NCBI GenBank assembly: GCA_028534125.1
Contig: CM052816.1
Location: 37,884,001 to 37,948,000, forward strand
DNA from: Lama glama
Lineage: Eukaryota
Length of the DNA: 64,000 nucleotides
Reading direction: 5' to 3'
Shown here: piece after piece, positions 11,095 to 24,350 of the stretch
Numbering within the stretch: position 1 is the stretch's first letter
How the letters are laid out: each line of letters starts with the position of its first letter
The notes under the pieces: model-generated
Told to the model about the DNA's origin: nothing
The model's input: only the letters and a program-made list of their open reading frames with translations
Databases searched by the model: none
Made by a program: the position numbers and the translations under genes

Positions 11095-14030
11095 ATTTTA
11101 TAATTAACATACAGTAAAACATATCCATTTAAATTGTTAAATTTCATGAATTCTGACAGAAGTAGACTCCCCATGAATTCACAGCCACAGTTACAGTACT
11201 GGACATTCCCATCAGTCCCAAAACGGTTCTCTCAACTAGTTGTGGTTCATTTCTCCATCTGCCCAAGGCTCAGCCACAAATGCTATGCTTTTTGTTACTA
11301 GAGAATAGTCTCTTCTCCAGAATTTTTATATAAATAGAACCCTATAGTATGCATTCATTGCATATGACTTCCTTCATCACAATGACTTTGAGGTTCATTT
11401 ATGTTGTGTTCATTCACTCTCTTAGATGGCTAGTATTCTGTTATACCATATGTTGTCTACCTATTTCCCTTTTCATGAACATTTGGGTTATTTAGAACTT
11501 TAGAGTATTGCAATTAAAATTACTATAAATATTGTATATAAGTCTTTGGGCTTAATGTACTGTTACTAATCTTTGATAAATACTTAGAGTTGATGGTTAG
11601 CCTATATAGAAGGTGTGTATATATAAGAGTTATATATATATATATATACATACATATATATAACTTTAAAGAAATTGCCAAAGTGGTCATTATATCTTAC
11701 ATTCTAAATAATAATTTTTGAGAATTCTGGTAATTCCAAGACCTAATACTTAGTCTATTCAAACTTTAAAAAATATAGCCATTTTAGCTTGTGTGTGTAT
11801 GTTTGCATGTGTACATGCACATACATGCACAATTATGTAGAATTATCTCATGTGGTTGCAACTGGCAATTAATTGATGACTAATGATGTGGAGCAACTAC
11901 GTGACCATTGGTCATTTATATATATCTTGGTAAGTTGCATTCAATGGTTTTGTCCAATTTTCAAAATTGGCTTATTAGTCTTCCTACTGTGTTTTAAGAA
12001 CATGCATATTCCAGTTACAAGTCTTCTGCCTAATATATGCATAGTATTTTTCTCTATTTGTAGTTTGACTTTTCATTTTCTTAATGGTGTCTTTTGTTGA
12101 GCAAAAGCGTTTCATTTTGATAATGTCCAACTTATTAATTTTCTTCTTTTATTATGCATTTCCTATGTGCTATGTAAAAATATGTCAATTCAAAGGTCAC
12201 ACAGATTCTCTGTTTTCTTCTATAATAATTTTAGCCTTTATATTTGAGTCTATGATCCATTCTCTTGTCAGAAAAGAGATGTTGATATTTTTCTACACAG
12301 GTATCCAGTGCTTCTAACAAAAGTTCACATAAAGGCTTTTTTTTTTTAACCAAAAGAATCATCCTGACATCTTTAAAAAAATCAAATACATACATGTATT
12401 TCTATTTCTAGAAAATCTATTATTGTTAATTGACCTACATGCCTAAGCTTCCACTAATCACACTGTCTTGATTAGCACTCTTAGTAGTAGCTTATAAAAT
12501 CAAGTATCCTGAGTCCCCAGATTGGTTCTTTTTTTTTTTTTATAAATTGCTTTGTCTAATATGTACGTGACTTTCCATGTAAATTTTAGAACAGATTGTC
12601 AATTTCTGCTTTAAAAAATCTGGCATTATTTTGATAGTTGTTATATGCAAATCTACAGGTCAATTTAGGCAGAAATGGCATCTCAATGATATTCAGTTTT
12701 TCAACCCACAAATATATTTTTTCATTTATTTACTTCACTAAGTTACAACAATGTTTTATGGTTTTCCATATAATACTATGTGTATCTTAAAAATGTTTTT
12801 AAGTATATTTTTGATACTATTGTAAATAGAGTTTTTCAAAATTTCATTTTTCAACTTTTGGCTTATTTGGATTTTGTTTATTAACCATATATTCCATGGC
12901 CTTCCTAATTCATTTACTCATGATGAGGTTATTTCATGGATTCTTTTGTATTTTCTACTTAAACTGATGTACGTAATAGTTATTTTTCTTTGGTTTCTTT
13001 TAAAGTTCATTTTCTCTTTATCTTTGTTTTTTTCAGTACTTTAACTATGATGTTACCTAGGTATGAATTTGTTTGGATTTATCCTGTTTGGCTTTGCAAA
13101 GTTTCCTGAATGTATAAAATATACCTTTCACCAAATTTCATTAGTATTTAGCCTTCATTTTGTCTAATATTTTTTCTACTTCAATATTGTCACCTATGTT
13201 AACATATGTTGGACTTGTTAATGTCCCACAAGTCCTTGAAGCTCTGATTATTTTTCCAGTTTTCACCCCCTGTTATTCCTCTGATTTGATAATTTTTATT
13301 CATCTAATTTAAATGTATGACTTTTCCATTGCCTTCATTACACTATTAAGTTCTTCCAGACAATTTTGATTTTGAGTTTTGTATTTTTCATTTATAGAAT
13401 TTCCACTGAGAATATATCTCCTGTATCTTCATCTTTCCATTCATTATATTTTTCTTTACTTCATTCAATGTAGGTGTAATAGCTATCTTAAAGTCCTTTT
13501 ATAATTGCAGCATCTTTGTCTAGTCCACTTTGGTGTCTGTTAATTGCATTTTAGCAAGCAATTAATTTAATTTGATCCACCAACTAACTCACAACTGCAG
13601 TGAGAATCAGCTCAGGTCTCAGCTCCGTTCTTTTGACTTGGCCACACTCTTTCAGTACACAGAAGAATTTGGGTAGAATTTATACAGAGAATTTGGGATT
13701 TCTCTTCTCTGCCTCTCTCTTTTCAATGATGCTCCATTCCTCATTTATAGCTGCTGTGGTTTGACTCAGTTCTTTCCTTTATTTCTTCAGGCCAGAAAGA
13801 TGGCATGTCTTCTACTGGCATTTCAAACACTCTGCAGTACACTTCACCCAACTGCCATCAGGCTAACGCTATAAGAATCTTACCCCATACTATTCTCTTT
13901 AAAGTTTTAATTTTCCTCCAAAATTTACCTGGTTTTGTTCATTCTCTAGAGCTCTTTGGGAGTGTTTTGGGATGGGAGTGGGGGTTACTAATTGTTAGTT
14001 TTCTTTAGTATCTGGTGCAATGTTTGTAGC
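11095..14030 (-). mobile_element. Ancient L1 (L1MC/ME-like): 3' UTR and ORF2 end, followed by the ORF1/5' region
   Basis: Antisense 3' end acatacagtaaaacatatccattt...; gatgactaatgatgtggagca; tttcattttgataatgtccaactta. From about 13000, antisense ORF1-like tttaactatgatgttacctaggt...tttatcctgtttgg. Confidence 0.75.
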
Positions 14031-15059
14031 TGCTATATATATGATGGTAAATGACTACCTTACTCCTCTGCACCTAATGCACAACACCTCTCTTATGCTT
14101 TAGTCTCTTACACTTAAATTGAACATACTTCTCACATTTTTAATTCTTTTCTCCAATCTTTCGGTACAGAAGTGGTATTTTAATTCTGCTGATTTACATC
14201 TGCTTTTAGAGACATGAAGTAGTCATTAAAATTAGTATTCTTTATAGTATAAAAGGATTGCTATGATCTTAATCAGGTAATAATAGCTCTTGTCTAAACA
14301 TTTTGAAATGATTTGGAATAATGCATTATTAAGGATAAAGGAAATTAGCTCAAGCTTCCCAAACTATACTCTTTCAACACACATATATGTGCATATAAAA
14401 GGTTATTAAATGAAACATTTCTAATTGCATAAAAATTTGAGTTAAAGCTAAGAGGAACTTGAACATGACAAATACACCAATCTTCAAAGAGAGTGATTAG
14501 ATTCAACAGTACTAGGGTTGAAAAGGAAACATAAAACCAGAACTGCAAACCTTAGACTACCAGCTAACTGCACTTACATAGCAGAGAAACCTAAAGACTT
14601 CTGAAGTAGTGAATTTTAATTTAAAAACAGTTGGCAGAATACTCCGAGTTTTCTCTTACTTATTGTAGGGGAGCATAGGAGTAGAGGTACTTCTCGGTTA
14701 TTGAAAGCTAACAGTGGAAGGTATTAAGAAAACTTCTTTTAGGAAATGAGTTTACTTTCAAGGAGTAGAATGTGTTATTATAACTGGATGCTTGCTTCTG
14801 GACAAAATCTCAAGGGCTTGCCTTTACTGCTTCAGGGCCAAGCAGGGGGCGAGATCTCCTCAGAGAATTTGTGCTATTCCATAGAATTTGAAAGATCATA
14901 TCAATTTCTGACTCTGTAGCACCCATTCCCAAGAACTACCCATGCAGGGTTCAAACATACCATAAATGTATTTTCCAAATAAAATTCCTCTCCTGCTTTT
15001 TAACCTTTTTTGAGAGGGTTTATTTTTCTATTATTCCCTTTGGTAATCGTGTTGAATAT

Positions 15060-16800
15060 GAATTCAACTTCCTTGTAATTATTTCTGTGTAAGTTACTAA
15101 CAGAGATATCTTAGAATCTCCCACTGTAGTCATAGATTTTCCGTTTCTAATATACTATGTCATTTATAAAATGTTATACGTATTGATGCTATGGTATCAG
15201 ATCTAAACATATTGAGATTTGCTACATCTCATAATAAAACAGCTTATAAAGTAGATTTCCTCCATTTTACTACCTTTTTTTGCACATTGTGTTGTACTTG
15301 ATGTAAATTTATACATTCTGCAAGGTTCTTTTTTGCTTTATATAGTCAACATTCATTAAGAATTAGTCATCCATTTACTCTTTTCTTCCTGTATCTATGT
15401 TTTCGTCTGAGACCATTTTTATTCTGCCTGCAGAAGTCCACGTAGTGTGGATCTGTTGGCAAGTACTCTTATTTCTTTTCCTGTTTATTCCAAATTCTGT
15501 CGTATTTTCATCATCAAAGAGAATTTTTACCAAATAAAGAAATTCCGACTATCAGCTGTTTCTTTTATCCCATTGCATTTCATTCACCTTTTCTCTCATT
15601 TCTATTAACTGCGTTGAGTAGTCAGCTTAGCTTTATTGTTTCCTGTTTGAATTACCATGTCTTTTAATTTCTTCTGGTTCTTTCAAAAATTTTTTAATTT
15701 TATTTTTAAACAGACTAATCATCAATGGTTATCATATTTCTTTTGAATTCTTCCTGCTAGAATTGTAAATCTGTTGATTGATTTAAGTGTATCAGTTTTG
15801 GAAAATTATCTACCTCTATTTATTTAACTATCAGTACTGGTATATTCTCCCCTTTCCTTGTAAGAATGAAGAAAAGTTAGGTATTTTCACTGAATCTTGT
15901 GTTTATCTCTGGTACTTCTGAGTAATTTCCTTTTTTTCTTTCCATGCATCCGTCTGAATATTTTATTCCATTTTCCAATTAACCAACCTTCTGCGATGCT
16001 ATATCTGTTTTGGCATTTAAACAATGTATTGATTATTTATATTCAGTTACGATAATTCTGTTCTAGGATTATTTTTCTGGTTTTCTGTTGTCTGATAAAA
16101 TTATCCAAGTCATTCTTCAATTTTTTGAAGCACTAATCATATCCACATCTAATAACACCTCTGCATTTCCTGTGGGTCTTTTTCTAATATCTCTGTTATC
16201 CACTGGATGAGTCATTATTTTTATTTTTGCACATTTGGTTGTTTCATTTTGAGCTCCTACGGTATACAGGAAAATCTGAAGAGATGATGCTAGTGTTATC
16301 TTCCTTTAGAGAGAATTTACTTTTGCTGTGGTCAAGCAGAGATAGTTTGCCTTCATTTGATCAGAGGTTGAGCTGATTTGAAGCTGGGCATCAGTCTTTG
16401 AGAAGAGCTGTCTAGTTTACTTTTATCCCTACACAGTGTAGCACTTCAGGGATTTCAAGTGAAATCCTGGGCTTTGTATGAGTGTTCCTTCTTCATGCAA
16501 GGGCCATAAATTTGAAAATTTATATCCTAGCCTGTTAAGAATGCCAGAAAGTCTGCTCTAATTAAAGTTCCTGAGCAACCAGTTTCTGCTTGGCTTCAGA
16601 GTTTTTCAGCAGCTTCCTTGGACTCAGTAGATGCCAAGAAGTATGACTTAAATGTTAGATCCCCTCTCTTCCCTTTCCTTCCCTGTAGTACACTGGACCC
16701 TTAAGTTCACATTGTATTTTAAATGCCTCATTTTTATGTTTGATTTTTTTTTAATTTATTCAAATCTAACTTCTCTTGTTGATTGACAATATTGATACAG
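15060..16800 (-). mobile_element. Ancient L1: endonuclease region, ORF1 and 5' region
   Basis: gagatatcttagaatctcccactgtagtcatagatttt is an antisense, degenerate version of the EN motif IIVGDFNTPL, followed by ORF1-type antisense sequence. Confidence 0.65.
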
Positions 16801-17089
16801 AAATAGGCAGTCCTCCTTTGCTAAGTGTGGAATTCCTATTTTCCCTTCTATGATGTTCAATTCTTATTAAACTACTCAAATCCAAATATTCAAATACATA
16901 TTAAACTATTTTAATGAAGTGTTTCTGAATTATTTTCATTAGCTAACCAGTGTCATTTTGGGATTACACATTGAATTATCATTGACTCCATGGTCAATAA
17001 ATTCTGGAATCAGAAAAAATCGAAGCTAGCTTAAATACTATGGGAATTAGAAATAGAATCTTTTCTATTCTACTGATTTAATAGATGTA

Positions 17090-17230
17090 ATTTTAGTACA
17101 TGCTCTGCCACTCAATGTGTGGTATTTTGCAAATTACTTTACCTCTCCCAGTCTCGGTATTCTCAGATAAAAGAAATGAGTTCAACCAAATGATCTTCAA
17201 AAGTCCTTCCATAACTAAAATTCTGTGATT
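17090..17230 (+). mobile_element. MIR relic
   Basis: ctctgccactcaatgtgtggtattttgcaaattactttacctctcccagtctcggtattctcagataaaa...aaatgatcttcaaaagtccttcc. Confidence 0.7.
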
Positions 17231-17459
17231 TAATAAGAATAAATTAAACCTGAATCTTTGATGATTAAAGTTTAATTTGAATCTTCAAATCCATCAGATT
17301 TTTGTAGTTTCTAAATTTAGAAAAAAATAATATTCTTCCTCATCCCTAGTGCCAGAAGATGTCCCACATGACCTGGACACGTTTCAGTGCAATAATTACT
17401 TTTTGAATATTTAATTGCCAAGAAATGTTGAAGAGGTCTAATAATATCAGGGAACACAT

Positions 17460-17830
17460 TCTATTACATGTAAATAAATATTATAAAGCTTAATAATTAT
17501 AATGGTAGAGAGTTACTATAAGAATATACAAATTAATGTATTAAACAGAATAGAGAATCTACAGATTCATATAAATGTGAAGGTCTTAATTAATAGTGAT
17601 ATTTAGCATTGTGCATCAGTGGGGGAACACAGGCTGGTCAAAAATGATGCTGAGACAGTTAAGTATCTATATAGAAAAAGAAAGAAATCCACACTCCATA
17701 ACGTATACCACTAAGATTAATAATGATCCATATGTAAAAATCACATATTATATTACATCAGGGTTGCAAAATAATCATAAACATGAAATGAAATTTTCAA
17801 GCCATAAGGAAAATAATTTCTAAGAAAGGG
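17460..17830 (+). mobile_element. Ancient L1 ORF2 3' fragment
   Basis: aacagaatagagaatctacaga...gcattgtgcatcagtggggga...aaaatgatgctgagac, L1 ORF2 C-terminal pattern. Confidence 0.55.
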
Positions 17831-19122
17831 TGCAGGAAGTGGAGAAATTTTAATGATTCAGATTTAGATCTCTATTATCACATTCATGTCTAATGTCAGA
17901 GGCATGTCATCACCCCCCATTAGGCTGTATAAACATGGAATGACTACTTCAAAGTTGAAGCATCCTCCTTCTCAAGTGTAAAATATGAATACTAGTATCT
18001 GTTTCTGAGAAATGCTGTGATAATTAAATAGAATAATATCAAAGTGCCAGAAGAAAAGTAGTACCCAATTATTGTTAGTACTTGTACTTGAAAAATCTCA
18101 CTTTTTTCTTTGCTGACATTATCATTACTTGGAGAACTGAAAACTTGGAGAGAGGTATTAATTTTGTAAAACTTGTGCACTTATCTAGCTTAGGCCAAGC
18201 TCGCCTAGATATTGAAGACACAAAAGAATCAAGGCACGGTCATCATCCTTCAGTGACTCCAGTCTAGTGATTTTTTTTTTGAAGAATGAAGAAGGGGATG
18301 ATAAGCAGCTATTGAAAGGATTGACAAGTAGGGCTGAAGTCTCACTCCAGTAAGATTAGAGACCATGAACTATAATGACAGCAATATACACGTTGGTTGA
18401 TTTTATTTATTACGGCTTAGCATCCCAAATGTAGGAATAGAGAAATCAGTTTTTACTGTTTTAAATTTAAAGATCTATAGGACTAATGTAGCAAAAGGAC
18501 CACTTTTTTGTGGATCTTATTAGGTTAGCTAAGAGATCTTTATATCCAAGATCTACAGAAAGAAAACTAAAGCCACTAGAGATAAAATATAAGAAAAGGA
18601 AAGAATGGAGGAACTAGATATTCAGTGATTTATAATAACATATAACTAGGAGTAAGAAAGTAAGAGAGTGAAAACAGAAAGTTGAGATGAAGAATTACAA
18701 GAGTATAAGATTGCAGAATTAAGATGCTTCCACATACAGGTTAAATCTAAGAATGAACTCTGGGAAGCATTTACTGAAGAAGAGTGGAATGACAGTTACA
18801 GTTGAAGTTTCTGAAAATCTCTGAATCCCAGACAGCAAGAAAATGCATTTATCTAATATAGCAAATGGACATTTTGGATGACGACTTAAATTTCTGTTGT
18901 GTCACCAATATATGGGAATCCTTGCCCTGTACTGCAGACGTTAGTAGTATTGCCTATACCCATATTAACTATTCTCTACAACCTAGCTTTATTGTCCTTA
19001 AATGGATTCTAAAACTGCGAGGATAGACATAGATAAGTCTAGAGTAACAGAAATAATCCTCTGAGCTTCCCTGAACAAGTTCCTACATGAAAATTTCCAT
19101 TTTAAAGCCAAAGATATTACTT

Positions 19123-20200
19123 AGGAAACCATAAACAAAATGAAAAGACAATCTACAGTATAGAATATATTTGCAAATAATGTGACTGACAAGGGCTTAC
19201 CTTCCAAAATATACAAACAGCTCATACAACTCAATAACAACAACAACAACAACAAAACAACAAACCATCCAATCAAGAAATGGGCAGAAAACCTAAACAC
19301 ACATTTCTCCAAAGAAGACAAACAGATGGCCAATAGGCACAAGGAAAGATGTTCACTATCACTATTAGAGAAATGCAAATCAAAACAACAATGAGGTATC
19401 ACCTCACATCAGTCAGAATGGCCATCATTAAAAAGTCCACAAACAATAAATGCTGGAGAGGTTGTGGAGAAAAGAGAAACATCCTACACTGTTGGTAGGA
19501 ATGTGGTTTGGTGTAGCCAATACTGAAAACAGTATGGAGATTCCTTAAAAAACAAAAATAGAGTTATCATATGATCCAGAAACCCCACTCCTGGGCGTAT
19601 ATCCAGAAGAAACTCTAATTCAAAAAGATACATGCACCCCAATGCTCATAGCAGCACTATTTACAATAGCCAAGACATAGAAGCAACATAACTGTTCATA
19701 TACAGATGAATAGGTAAATAAGATAGGGTATAGGGTGTGTACACACACACACTGGAATATTACTTAGCCATAAAAAAGAATAAAATAGTACCATTTGCAG
19801 TAACATGGACAGACCTGGTTATCATACTAAGTGAAGTAAGTCAGGCAGAGAAATACAAATATTGTGTGATATTCTTATATGTGGAATCTGAAAAAAATCA
19901 TACAAATCAACTTACTTACAAAACAGAAAGACTCACAGACAAAATAAACTTATGGTTTCCAAAGGAGAAAGGGTCAGGGACGAATAAACATGAAGTTCGG
20001 GATTAGCAGATAAAACTACTATATATAAAAAAGATAAATTATAAGGTTCTACTGTATAGCACAGGGAACTATATTTAATACCTTGTAATAACCTATAATA
20101 AAAAAGAATATGAAAATATATTTGTATGCACAAATGAATCACTATACTGTATACCAGAAACACAACATAGTGTATAAACTAGACTTCAATTAAAAAAAAA
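19123..20200 (+). mobile_element. 5'-truncated L1 (ORF2 C-terminus, 3' UTR, A tail), relatively young
   Basis: aaatgggcagaaaacctaaacacacatttctccaaagaagac ([14 protein letters not shown] in ORF 19182-19394), aatgaggtatcacctcacatcagtcagaatggcc, ending cttcaattaaaaaaaaa. Contains an (AAC)n run at about 19235-19265. Confidence 0.95.
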
Positions 20201-21863
20201 TCCCTTATAATTCAACTACTTTAATTCCAACTCAGACTGCAAAGTTACACTTTGCCTTTCTTTTTTTAATCAGAAGCTGAAAAGATCAACTGGTGACAGT
20301 TGGTGTAGCAAAAGGATATAAGATTTAAGTGCCTAAAACATTTATTAATTATGCAAAGTGCTTTGAATTTAGTATTTTTTAATGGAGCTCTATTTTAGCT
20401 CTAAAAGGACAAAAATTTGAATATATTTTTATTATAATCACTTTTCAGTGGAAATATGAAAACGGTAATTTGTTTTTGAACTCTGCCTCGAAATTAAGAA
20501 TGCTTTTCATGGAATAATTATTTTTGTTTCTTTTTATGCTTTCTTTAGTCTCTTAAAGATGATTCCTAATAAACTGCCAGATGTAAGTTTGAGGCTAGAA
20601 TTTATGGACCACGGTTATTCATTCTAGTCAAATGCCACAGACAAGAATAGCAAAAAATCAAAGTTAATTTGTAACTGAAACTGACTATTACAAAAAGCAA
20701 TTTAGCTTTAAAGAAACTTGACATGTTCAAAAGATGAACTATTTGGTGCAGCTTTGTTACTTAAAATTATTTTTAATCGTTTCATAGAAAAGAAGACTAA
20801 ACTTAAGAAGACCAGAGAAGAGTGGGCTCTATTTCATGTTCTTTTTAAAGCTCAGAGGATAAAATGTCTTTTGAAGATAAATTAAAATATATTTCAGAGA
20901 ATCATAACAGGGTTAGGTAAAGTTTTAAGGGAACTGTTACATTACAGATGGCAATATAATGTAATAAAAAAACCTATCAATTAAAAAAAAGGAATTTACA
21001 TGGTTGCCATTATATTTTAGTTCCTCTCCTCCCCAAGTTACCTAGAAAATTGCCTTTTGCTTTATTTTCTATATTTCATACACTGGTTCCATGATATATA
21101 TGAATAAGAAAGTGGGTAAATTACGCTCATAATTTTGCTAGTAACTGTTTTACAAACGCACAATTCTACCTGCAACTTAAGTCATACACTTCGCTATATA
21201 AGAGCTGAGTTTGATTCTATTTAATTTACGCACATTTGGGGAGAGAGAACCTTTCTACAGTAGGGCTGGTCTAGGCAAGAATGCATTTCTGTTTTTTAGA
21301 AATGTAAACTACAGTGGCCTAGATTAATATCCCTCAAGTAAGAGCTTAGTACGTTAGAAATAATGAATCTTCTCATTTGTTTATTCATATGGAACTTGCA
21401 TACGACCAGTTTCTCCCTCAAAGGAGTTTCACTTTTGTACCTTCTTTTGCATAGGCCTCCAGTCTCTTCTTGTATTCACACTCTGCCCTGCTTGTCCACT
21501 AGTAGAAGGAAGCAAATATATTGGCAGCAAATACTACAAATTCAGGTTAATAGTTGAAGATAAGAGATATTTTGGACCATAAATGCATTGGTAAGAAGAA
21601 AAATGTCACTGATTACTGAAATGCTTAATCGTTTTGACTATAACACTCTATGTATTTAGTAGGTTCTGAGGAAATTTTTCAGTAGAAATACACGTCTAAC
21701 ATGTATAAAAGTATTTCTGTGTTTCCATACAGAACCACTGTTTGGAAATAACAAAAGAAATGAAGCTTTTAAAAGTTTTACCAGAAGTATTAGTGCAGTT
21801 TTTATCTGCAAGTCCCCAGATAGATTGAAGGGCACAGTTTTAATGAAAATTTCATGTAGTGGA

Positions 21864-21947
21864 AAGTGAAACGAGTTGAGAACTACGATGATGACAGATG
21901 TAAACAAGTGAAACGAGTTGAGAACTACGATGATGACAGATGTAAAC
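21864..21947. repeat. Perfect 42-bp tandem duplication (2 copies)
   Basis: aagtgaaacgagttgagaactacgatgatgacagatgtaaac occurs at 21864-21905 and at 21906-21947. Confidence 0.97.
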
Positions 21948-22286
21948 CAATGGCAGGCAAATTGGTTGGTTAAAGTGTCCATGTTTGTAGCTAATATTTG
22001 GCATGTCAAAGTGAACGGCAGCAGTAGAGATTTGAAATCTAAGTATCTATCACCCTAGGCTGAACTTGTAGTCAAGATGAAAAAAGGAAAAATAGACCAA
22101 AAATGCAAGACAAAGAGGCAAGAATATGCAAGATGGGATCTCTAAGTACCAGATTTGGTAAACAAGGAGAAAGTGAGTCAGCAGACAAAACCCAAGTGCT
22201 AATATTTGTTCCAAACATAGTTTTCAAATATTCAGCTACACTGACAGATGAAACAGGATATCGAAGATCTATTTTTAATTATATAG

Positions 22287-22445
22287 TGCATTGGTTCTCA
22301 GTCTTTGCTATATATTTTAATCACCTGGGTAGTTTTAAAAATCCTGATGCCCAGTGCTGTCTGTACCATACCATCGAAATGATAGGATTTTAGGGTGGGA
22401 ACTAAGTAACAGTAATTCCAATTTGTAGTAAAGTTAGGGAAGTGC
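22287..22445. mobile_element. MER5-like hAT-Charlie DNA transposon relic
   Basis: cattggttctcagtctttgcta...aatcacctgggtagttttaaaaatcctgatgccc resembles the start of MER5. Confidence 0.65.
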
Positions 22446-23100
22446 CATGTGTTCATATTTATGTATGAGCCTGATTTACTTATTAGTTACTAGAAATTCT
22501 CATTAAAATTTTTGCACAGGGAAAAGTAAAGACATACACAAATCTAATCAAGTTATTTCAAGTTTCTAGAAAAATATATGTTGCAACCTGCGAAGGGCAA
22601 TATTATGACTGCTTTCATTTTACTTAAATTTCATTCAGAATCTGTGTCCTAGGAGAATCTCAGTATTAGGATAATTACTAGTATACCATTAGGGTAGGAA
22701 AACTGAATATAAATACTTCCTTCTTTGAAGACATTTACCTTGGCTCTGAAGTCTAATGTACTTTGGGAATACATTTTCACCAAATTAAAATAAATGGTCT
22801 ATAAATGGTAAATTAGGATTTAAGTTTTCTCACGTGTTATTTTAAAATTATCAGAAAAAAATTGTATTTATCTTTATGACAAGTACTTTATTTTTTAAGG
22901 TTTTTTCTGCTTTAATAATTGGATTAATCTTATTTTGACAAAATACCTCTTCAGACATCGTCTTAGTTTACATATAACAGGCATTTTATGTTTAACACTG
23001 ATCTTCGGTATGCATTTAGCTATTTGTTTTTTCCCTTCAGGTTTCTACCCGTTGATGTAAACTGATTTCAAAGACACAAACATGACACCAGTTATCTACC

Positions 23101-23196
23101 TAGGGTCACCATATGGCTGCAGTCCTGGTGTCAGCGGTATTCTCTTTTACTCAAAAGTGTCCCAGTTCAGATGATAAATTTTACTGTCCTTGTGTA
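23101..23196 (-). mobile_element. MER94-like hAT-Blackjack MITE relic
   Basis: Begins tagggtcaccata; internal ctcaaaagtgtcccagttcagatgataaatt matches the MER94 reverse strand as I recall it. Confidence 0.65.
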
Positions 23197-23723
23197 TCTA
23201 AAATCTGCCACTTCTGATAAGACTGCTCTAAAACTTTAAAGTTGTAATGTGATTTTTTTTTTCTTTTCAAAACAAGTACTAGGACATGCATCATCATCTA
23301 CCAGGATTATGGAAGAACTCTTTACCTACTGTCTAGCATGAGCAAAGCCCTGGCTTTTTGTTAAACATGACCATCCTATGATTTCCCCTGTAATTTATGG
23401 ATATTGAAAGGCTTTCTTTTATACCCCCAGCACTTTTTATCTGTTGTAACTTAATCAGTATCTGTGAGTAAAGTTTACTCCCTATATTTATAAGTTAGTT
23501 TCTACAAGTTTTTAAAACTTTGAGAATAATGATAATTTTATTCTTATTCATCTTTGAGTTATTCTCTACCTCAGTCATGGTATTTTGTTCTTTAACTCCA
23601 CCTTACAGGAATAAAATAACTATTTTTTTCTCTTTTAACAAATGGATAGAGAGAGGAAGCAAGGAAGAAAGAATAAAGGCTGACTTACTGTAGCAAATTA
23701 TTGATATGGAATTATAGTGGTAA

Positions 23724-24350
23724 TGAGACAGGAAGGGGGCAGGGCACAGCCATTCAAGGAATGCTACAGCAATTAACATCAAAATGGGGAAAGATTGAAC
23801 CCCTAGTAGGCCTTGAGGCTCAAGATGGTGGGAGATTTGACTTCTAGCAGATCTTAAGCTTCATTATATACTGATTGTAACATATTAACATGGTGAATAA
23901 CAAGCCCACAGGCACCACGGCAGTCCCAAGGCTAGACGCAAAAGGTCAAAGAGTGGGAAATGGCCAACTTCCTGGGAATCCCAGCCCCTTCCCCAGGCTA
24001 CTTAGACTGGTCCTTCCACTTATTAGCATATGAAGCCACCAAGCACATAAAAACTAGCAACATGGCGCCTCTAGGCCGCCTCTATCTCCCTTTTCAGAGA
24101 CAGCCCACATTCTGTCTATGGAGTGTGTACCTACTTTTAATATGAGCAACCAACCCCCACATCTCATGGCCTTTCTCTTGCCTTCCAATGTATCTCTCTG
24201 AATAAATTTACCTTTACTCAACTGTGGCTCGCTCTTGAATTCTTTCCTGCGCAAAGCCAAGGACCCACACTTGGCGGGGCACGTCCCAGGGGTTCAATCA
24301 AAGCCTGGGACATGGCCCTTCTCACGCCTCACATCTGTTTTCCTGCATCA
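23724..24350 (+). mobile_element. Solo LTR, probably ERV1 class, 627 bp
   Basis: TG at 23724 and CA at 24350, flanked by a perfect 4-bp TSD GTAA (23720-23723 and 24351-24354). TATA-like cataaaa near 24045; AATAAA at 24201-24206, then U5-like tcttgaattctttcctgcgcaaagccaaggac. Confidence 0.9.

Noticed and set aside
19100..20215. Possible TSD around the 19.1-20.2 kb L1 (gatattactta / aaatccctta)
   Set aside because: Too degenerate and A/T-rich to distinguish from chance.
21864..21947. CRISPR-like array
   Set aside because: Only two directly adjacent repeats with no spacer, in mammalian DNA with no cas genes.
23020..23100. Strong plus-strand acceptor tttttttcccttcag|G at 23040
   Set aside because: All three frames close within about 25 nt and the sequence runs into a MER94 relic with no clear donor.
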